Shown: piece by piece, positions 35,987 to 41,329 of the stretch
How positions within the stretch are numbered: position 1 is the first letter of the stretch
Layout: every line of letters begins with the position of its first letter
Source: Pseudomonadota bacterium
Lineage (GTDB): Bacteria > Pseudomonadota > Gammaproteobacteria > Steroidobacterales > Steroidobacteraceae
Length of the DNA: 41,329 nt
NCBI GenBank assembly: GCA_028067895.1
Contig: JAPTUI010000543.1
Location: forward strand, 1-41,329
Reading direction: 5' to 3'
Position numbers and translations under genes: made by a program
The notes under the pieces: model-generated
What the model saw: the letters and a program-made list of their open reading frames with translations, nothing else
The model's database searches: none
Told to the model about the DNA's origin: nothing

Positions 35987-36064
35987 CTCCAGGGTCAACC
36001 GACTGGTCTATCGCTCGACAATTTTCGAGATTCACCTCGAGAGCTGCCGCCGTAGAAACGGTGT

Positions 36065-36091
36065 CCGGCCGGGGGGATACCCCCCGGCCGG
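36065..36091. repeat. perfect 12-bp GC inverted repeat with 3-nt loop at the right junction of the mosaic insert
   Basis: CCGGCCGGGGGG-ata-CCCCCCGGCCGG, read directly from the sequence. Confidence 0.9.
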
Positions 36092-36712
36092 ACCGCAGGA
36101 GACGCGATCCAATCGGGCGTCGGTAAGACCCTGCGCGGCAAGGTCCTCGGGATCTACGGCTACGGACGCATCGGGAAGGCCGTAGCGGCCTATGCGCGCG
36201 CTTTCGGTATGGAGGTGCTGATCTGGGCGCGCGAGTCTTCTCGCGAACTGGCGCGCGCCGAAGGCTGGGCCGTCGCACAGAGCAAGGCGCAGTTCTTCGA
36301 GACGTGCGACGTCGTCTCCCTGCACATGCGGCTCGTCGAAGCCACGCGACACATCGTCACGGGCGAAGATTTGGCGCGAATGAAGTCCTCGGCGATGCTC
36401 GTCAACACCAGTCGAGCGGGCCTGGTCGAAACCGGCGCATTGCTGACGGCCCTGCGGGCCGGGCGGCCGGCTCTGGCGGCGCTGGACGTCTACGATGACG
36501 AGCCGGTGTGCGCGTCGGACCCGCTGATTCAACTCGACAACGTCATCTGCACGCCACACATCGGCTATGTCACACGCGAGGAGTGGGATCTGCAGTTCGC
36601 GGATATTTTCGATCAAATCAACGCGTACGCGGCTGGTGCGCCGATGAATGTGGTGAATCCGCAGGTGCTTTCGAGCCCGGTGCTGCGCGCGCGAGTCCGA
36701 CCGCGGGCGTGA
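36092..36712 (+). pseudogene. D-isomer-specific 2-hydroxyacid dehydrogenase, 3' fragment
   Basis: ...[43 protein letters not shown]...[16 protein letters not shown]...[10 protein letters not shown]...[10 protein letters not shown]...[17 protein letters not shown]... This has the Rossmann GxGxxG and the catalytic R/E/H regions. It is in the same orientation as the 5' fragment at 33181. The left limit is approximate. Confidence 0.75.
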
Positions 36713-36747
36713 GAGCGGTGTGACGTTGGTGCACGGATGCGGTGCGG

Positions 36748-38430
36748 CCTAGCCTGAATAATTCATGAATTGAGAAAGCACAAAGGCCTCGATCGTGCTA
36801 AAAACGCTTTACCACAAGTGTTTTCTCGCACAACAAAGGCCTTTGTATGGATGACGATAACACACGACAGAGTGTCCTGTTTGCCGATTTGTGTGCCCGA
36901 CCGGTGGCGGCCCGGTTCGACCAGGAGCATGCCAGTTCCGATGGTGGAGCGATCCTGCTGCAGGCCTGCGACCGGCGCCTGGGGCTGAGCGAGGCATTGA
37001 TCGGCGCGCTTGAGGATCGGCGCCAGTCGGGCAAGGTGCGCCACGCGATTGGGGATCTGGTGCGCCAGCGGCTGTACGGGATTGCCTGCGGGTACCCGGA
37101 CGCCAATGATGCGGGTCGGTTGGGGAACGATCCGATCCAGAAGCTTCTGTGTGATCGCGATCCGGTCAAGGGCGAGGCATTGGCCTCGCAGCCGACGCTC
37201 TCGCGCTTTGAGAACTCCCTCACCCGAGCGGATCTGTATCGGATGGGGATCGCATTGGCCGAGACGGTGATCGAGCGGCATCGCAAACGCCTGAAGCGCA
37301 AGGTCAAGCGCATCACGATTGACCTGGACCCCACTGACGATCCGACTCATGGCGCCCAGCAGCTGACCTTCTTCAACGGTCACTACGACACCTGGTGCTA
37401 CCTGCCGGTGGCCGGGTTCCTGACCTTCAACGAGGAGCCCGAACAGTACCTGTTCGCCTACGTGCTGCGCCCGGGCAATGTGGGTGCGACAGTCGGTGCG
37501 CTGGGGATCCTCTCGCGTGTGGTGGCGAAGCTGCGCGCGGCGTTCCCGCAGGCACGACTGCGGGTGCGACTCGATGGCGGCTTTGCCTCTGCGGAGGTCT
37601 TTGCCTTCCTCGAGCGCGAACGGCTCGAGTACGTCGTGGCGATGGGGAAAAACAAGGTTCTCGAGCGCCGCGCGGCGCGCCTGATGGGCACCGCCCGGCG
37701 CCTCTCGCGCGCATCGGGCGAAACCGAGCACCTCTACGGCGAGACCCGCTATGCGGCCGGCACGTGGGATCATCTGCGGCGCGTGATCATCAAGGCCGAA
37801 GTCGTACGCCACCCCGGTCGCACGCCGAAGAACAACCCGCGCTTCGTGGTCACGAACCTCACGCAATCGCCTCGGCATCTGTATGAAGTGATCTACTGCG
37901 CCCGCGCCAACGTGGAGAATCGGATCAAGGAACTGCACCATGGCCTGGAGATCGACCGCACCAGCTGCAGCCGCTTCCTGGCCAACCAGTTGCGAGGGCT
38001 GCTCACCGCCGCCGCTTACGTGCTTTACCAGGAGTTGCGCCTGCGGGCGGCACGCACCGCCTTCAGGTCCGCTCAGGTCAAAACCCTGCGCGAGCACCTG
38101 ATGAAGCTCGGTGCCTGGGTCGAGTCCTCCGTCCGCCGCATCGTGCTGCACTTGCCCGCATCCTGTGCTCACCGCCACGACTGGCAGAGCATCGCCACAA
38201 ACCTTGGCGCTGCTCCCGCATAGCGCTGTCGGACTGGCCCGCTTTGTCTTGATCGCGCGGAACTCGCGCCGAACTCCCGTGGCCAAAATCCACCCCGAGC
38301 ACCCAGGCGAAGGCAAGACTCCACGCAGTCCTGCGGATCGAGGGTCAATACCACCGCAGAGCACGGACGTCACGGCCCGACACCTCGATACTCGAACCCA
38401 CAACCGCCAAAATCACAGCCTTCGCGCATA
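36748..38430 (+). mobile_element. IS1380-family insertion sequence (boundaries approximate, within about 20 bp)
   Basis: It contains an intact 458-aa transposase. The left limit must lie between the dehydrogenase stop (36712) and 36846. The right limit is placed where homology of the truncated LuxR gene ends (about 38428-38432). I could not identify convincing terminal inverted repeats or a target duplication by eye. Confidence 0.6.
36847..38223 (+). CDS. IS1380 family transposase
   Basis: ...FDQEHASSDGGAILLQACDRRLGL...RQRLYGIACGYPDANDAGRLGNDP...LASQPTLSRFEN...ITIDLDPTDDPTHGAQQ...FNGHYDTWCYLP...RLDGGFA...NRIKELHHGL... These are characteristic IS1380 / DDE_Tnp_1_4 blocks. Confidence 0.88.
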   Translation: MDDDNTRQSVLFADLCARPVAARFDQEHASSDGGAILLQACDRRLGLSEALIGALEDRRQSGKVRHAIGDLVRQRLYGIACGYPDANDAGRLGNDPIQKLLCDRDPVKGEALASQPTLSRFENSLTRADLYRMGIALAETVIERHRKRLKRKVKRITIDLDPTDDPTHGAQQLTFFNGHYDTWCYLPVAGFLTFNEEPEQYLFAYVLRPGNVGATVGALGILSRVVAKLRAAFPQARLRVRLDGGFASAEVFAFLERERLEYVVAMGKNKVLERRAARLMGTARRLSRASGETEHLYGETRYAAGTWDHLRRVIIKAEVVRHPGRTPKNNPRFVVTNLTQSPRHLYEVIYCARANVENRIKELHHGLEIDRTSCSRFLANQLRGLLTAAAYVLYQELRLRAARTAFRSAQVKTLREHLMKLGAWVESSVRRIVLHLPASCAHRHDWQSIATNLGAAPA

Positions 38431-39120
38431 GTGTGGGCTAAAGGGGTCCGCCCGCCGCAACTCGGCGTGGGCAGCCGCGTTGCTGTGGAGGGTGCGAGCT
38501 GAAGTGTCTAGCAGCATTACGGCGGCGGGGACCGTATCGAGTACCGCAAGAGAGGAGTTCGACAGGTCCTTCAGGAACGTGAAGCGGCGCTGGATACCCG
38601 CCGCCCGGGCAAGGTGTGGTAAAAGCGTCTGATAAAGCCGGATCTCCTCAGAATTGAAGTCGCCGGCGCGGCGGCTGCGCAGCGAGCTGAATTTCATGGC
38701 GAAGGGGCCATCCTGAGCCACGATCCCGCCGAGAGCATGAAAATAGTCCTGGGGCCGGAGCCAATCCGTGTAGAACTCGGTATTCAGGAGCTTCCCCTCA
38801 GGGTACAGCATTGATCCGGTGACCGGCTTGCCGGGCTTGAGCAGGGCTTCATTCTGAGCCCAGACGTTCACGTGATTGTAATGTTCGAGGGACTGTAAGA
38901 ATTGCGGATCGAACCCTACCACGGCATTGGGGAATCCCCCGTCGGACGCTGTGCTTGCATCCATCGTTTCGACGTTGTGGGTATAGATTAGGGTGCCTCG
39001 CCCCTCGACTGAGTTCGCGAAAGCACTTAGGAATTCCGGCCACCTAGCCGGGTCGCAGGCCGCCTCGTAAATCAAGTTGATCAGCGCGTGCAGCGTCTCG
39101 TCTGTGATTTGGGCTGACAT
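38413..39120 (-). pseudogene. LuxR-family regulator, N-terminal sensor part only (C-terminal HTH missing)
   Basis: ORF 38413..39183 trimmed to the ATG at 39120 (MSAQITDETLHALINLIYEAACDPARWPEFLSAF...NVWAQNEALLKPG...LLPHLARAAGIQRRF...). It is colinear with the first ~230 aa of the paralog at 39622. Homology stops at ...AELRRADPF, and the last codons (SPHYARRL-stop) are read from IS-side sequence. Confidence 0.7.
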
Positions 39121-39276
39121 TCCCAGTCTCCGTGGCGCTCGGGACAATATGGAGTAAAGGCAGTACGTGCGCTCATCGCGCAAGAGCGACTGTGTCGATC
39201 ATCGACCAAAGCCTCGGAACGCTCGTCGAGGAGCGAAGGCAGGGACCGGAGACCGCGACAGAACCTCATAGAGCCC

Positions 39277-39311
39277 GGCCCGATCGGCTGGGAGCCGGTC
39301 GGCCTTTTTTT
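39277..39311 (+). terminator. orphan rho-independent terminator in the divergent intergenic region
   Basis: GGCCCGATCGGCT (39277-39289), loop ggg, AGCCGGTCGGCC (39293-39304). 12 pairs with one bulge and one G-U, followed by TTTTTTT (39305-39311). There is no annotated plus-strand gene upstream of it. Confidence 0.55.
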
Positions 39312-39621
39312 AGTCGTTGCGAGGCATCGTACCGGATGGGGTGTTTCGCCGGCAACCTCGGCCAATCTCCTGAGGGTGCGGCGTACTTCGTCCTACTTCT
39401 GACAGCCGAATGCCCAACGTAACCGTAACCATAACAGCGTGAGCGCGCGGGCCTCATAGGATTTCATCACCCAATTGGATGGTGCCGACTCGATAGGCCC
39501 GGGAAATAATCGCGATGAATAACAACCTCGGTGGGTGTGCGCGCACGGTCCCAGGGTCCTCCTTTCGGGGCTTGATACGCGACCCTAACGGGCAACGAAA
39601 ATATCCGCACGGGCAGGGGCC

Positions 39622-40779
39622 ATGTACGGCGAATCGGTTCTCGAATCGTTGATTCAAGGTATCTACAAGGCAGCCGTCAACGGCGCCGGGTGGGTCGCAT
39701 TCCTGGTTGCATTCGCCAGCGCCCTCAATAGCACCCACCCGAGCTTCTACCTCGCCGACACCGAGGACCACGAAGGATCCGTCGAGGTCTCAGCCGGGCT
39801 CGACGACACGCAACGCCGTGCATACCGGGAATACTTCGTTCATCGAAACGTGTGGATTCAGGGTGCGCAGCCTCTCCTTAAGCCCGGAAGCATCCGATCG
39901 AGCGACCAAGTTTGTTCCCGGCAGGTATTCCTGCGAAGCGAATGGTACGCAGATTTTTGCAGGCCGCTGGGGTGGAGGCGGGGGATCGGCGCTACCATCC
40001 TACAAGAGGGCACGCTGACCGCGAATATTGGAGCGTTCCGCGGCGAAAGCTGCCCCGAATACGGTGACGAGGATTTCGCGCTTGTGAGGACGCTGTTGCC
40101 GCATCTGCAGCGTGGACTCCAAATGCATCGGAAACTCGGTGAAAGTCGAGTACACGGAGAGGCGCTTGAGACAGTGCTTCATGCGCTCTCGACGCCAGCG
40201 CTGTTGGTAGCGAAAGACGGCTCGGTGCTCTTCATAAATACAGCTGCTGAGCGGCTAATCCGAACCTCCGATGGTCTCGTGATTCTGGCCGGTCAGTTGC
40301 GCGCGCTGCTGCCCGAGGACACGGCAATGCTTCACGCTCTTATCGGTGGGGCGGCGAAAACCTCTGTCCGCCAAGCGCACCATTCCGGGGGGACCCTCAG
40401 CATCTCGAGGCCCCAAGGCCGGGGTCATCTTCAGGTCCTAGTCTCGCCGCTTCCGGCCAGGGAGGACGACTGGCTCTTGAGGCAACCTCCCCTCGCGGCG
40501 GTCTTCATCATCGATCGGTACGGATTCGTCGCGGACTACTCGGAGCTGACTCGCCAGCATGGCTTCACGGCGGCCGAAGCCAAAGTGGCGGTTGCAATAT
40601 CACGGGGACTCGCGGGGAAGCAAATCTGTCGGGAACTCGAAATAAGCTATAACACACTGAAGACACACGTCAAACACATTTACACCAAGACGCACGTCAA
40701 CCATCAGAGTGCGCTCGTGCGGCTCCTCGCAGGAGGAGTGTCCCTAACGGAAACGCACGCGCAGTGCCGCAACGTGTAA
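39622..40779 (+). CDS. LuxR-family (GerE-type HTH) transcriptional regulator with N-terminal sensor-like domain
   Basis: 385 aa. It starts LIQGIYKAAVNGAGWVAFLVAF and has a C-terminal ...FTAAEAKVAVAISRGLAGKQICRELEISYNTLKTHVKHIYTKTHVNHQSALVRLL (LuxR/GerE HTH). Confidence 0.8.
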   Translation: MYGESVLESLIQGIYKAAVNGAGWVAFLVAFASALNSTHPSFYLADTEDHEGSVEVSAGLDDTQRRAYREYFVHRNVWIQGAQPLLKPGSIRSSDQVCSRQVFLRSEWYADFCRPLGWRRGIGATILQEGTLTANIGAFRGESCPEYGDEDFALVRTLLPHLQRGLQMHRKLGESRVHGEALETVLHALSTPALLVAKDGSVLFINTAAERLIRTSDGLVILAGQLRALLPEDTAMLHALIGGAAKTSVRQAHHSGGTLSISRPQGRGHLQVLVSPLPAREDDWLLRQPPLAAVFIIDRYGFVADYSELTRQHGFTAAEAKVAVAISRGLAGKQICRELEISYNTLKTHVKHIYTKTHVNHQSALVRLLAGGVSLTETHAQCRNV

Positions 40780-40885
40780 TTGTTCGCCCAAGCACCGCGA
40801 TGTTGCCTCAGAAATCTTTGCCCTCGCCCGGAAGCTAGACGGAGTAGGGAAGCTCAAGCTGCGGGAGCTGTCCGGCCGCCACCAC

Positions 40886-41146
40886 CTACGCCGTGACACT
40901 GGGCCACAATGCTCGCAGCATTGCTATATCGCTCTCATCGAGGTGCAGATCGAATCGCCCAAGATTGATTCGCACATCCTCCGAGTGAGGTGTGAGCAAC
41001 GGGGATTGCGGGGCCGTGAGATTCACCGTCAGGACCGTCTCGCAAGCCGGACAGTCGATCAGTCGCCCTTCGGCCGCAAGAGCCTTCGTGGCCTTCGGCG
41101 TATCAGGGGCCAATGAACTCCTGCTACTGTCGAGCAAACCCGGCAT
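40886..41146 (-). CDS. hypothetical protein (86 aa), weak call
   Basis: ORF 40886..41263 trimmed to the ATG at 41146 (MPGLLDSS...GRLIDCPACETVLTVNL...DLHLDESDIAMLRALWP). It starts just downstream of a minus-strand T7 run (41167-41173, read as GGGTTTTTTT). No SD and no family recognised. Confidence 0.25.
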   Translation of the reverse strand: MPGLLDSSRSSLAPDTPKATKALAAEGRLIDCPACETVLTVNLTAPQSPLLTPHSEDVRINLGRFDLHLDESDIAMLRALWPSVTA

Positions 41147-41329
41147 TGGCGATGAGCGTGCAAACAATGCGAAAAAAACCCGCTCACGCGCGCGATGCGC
41201 GGACCGAGCCGCACAACCGTTGTGCACCGCTCCCACACGCCGCCGCAAATGGCGATGGCGCACATCTTGCCGAGAATACGATCGATGAGTGCCCGGGCGA
41301 GAGGGGCGCCGAAGGCGTTCGCCAGAGGA

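Noticed and set aside
38370-38400. GGGTTCGAGT string (minus strand) resembling a tRNA T-loop.
   Set aside because: The flanking bases do not form a T-stem and no acceptor or anticodon arms can be drawn. I found no tRNA-like cloverleaf anywhere in the window.
36748-38430. Terminal inverted repeats and a target-site duplication for the IS1380 element.
   Set aside because: Manual comparison of 36735-36800 with the reverse complement of 38380-38450 gave only a TAGCC core plus scattered matches. I therefore report the boundaries as approximate rather than claim IRs.
1-41329. CRISPR arrays, retron/defence-type gene sets, toxin-antitoxin pairs, prophage or integrase genes.
   Set aside because: I saw no short regularly spaced repeats. 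No ORF has nuclease, helicase, reverse-transcriptase, integrase or TA-like motifs. The only tandem repeats are the in-frame GloVer coding repeats.
41147-41329. A partial gene at the right edge. The minus-strand frame reads PLANAFGAPLARALIDRILGK..., and there is an alternative plus-strand ATG at 41285.
   Set aside because: Two minus-strand frames remain open through the putative terminator region and neither shows recognisable motifs. Too little sequence is available to decide.

Overview
GC-rich, proteobacterial-type chromosomal window (about two-thirds G+C by eye, not computed; many ATGA/GTGA start-stop overlaps). I found no CRISPR array, tRNA, rRNA or recognisable defence, toxin or secretion module. 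Content from left to right. (1) 1-7.76 kb, minus strand: a cobalamin-riboswitch-led operon, btuB-bluB-cbiB-cobD-cobU-cobT-cobS-cobC, covering B12 uptake, DMB synthesis and nucleotide-loop assembly. (2) 8.0-9.0 kb: a decayed AmpC-like serine hydrolase pseudogene whose catalytic Ser codon is a TAG. (3) 9-18.3 kb: envelope-targeted proteins, namely a DUF1499 protein, an M61 peptidase, a 7-repeat GloVer lipoprotein and two tandem S10 serine carboxypeptidase paralogs. (4) 18.8-24.4 kb: housekeeping genes (FAH-family hydrolase, thiolase, YhdH/AcuI-type reductase, murJ, a beta-barrel OMP). (5) 24.6-32.7 kb: a complete L-Ara4N lipid A modification (arn) cluster. Its gene order is non-canonical, arnA is split into two separated genes, it has a single arnE/F-like gene, and a quinone oxidoreductase is coupled at the 3' end. 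(6) 33.2-41.3 kb: a lower-GC rearrangement hotspot. A D-2-hydroxyacid dehydrogenase gene is split by a 2.65 kb mosaic made of an ISL3 fragment, an orphan gene tail, an apparently intact PEP-CTERM gene, a GNAT gene and an IS3 fragment. An intact IS1380-family element follows and abuts a truncated LuxR-type regulator, with a full-length divergent paralog beyond it. I did not find a convincing new multi-gene system. The most unusual items are the mosaic-disrupted locus, the arn architecture, the start-codon anomaly of the GloVer lipoprotein, and an orphan terminator (candidate sRNA) between the LuxR paralogs.
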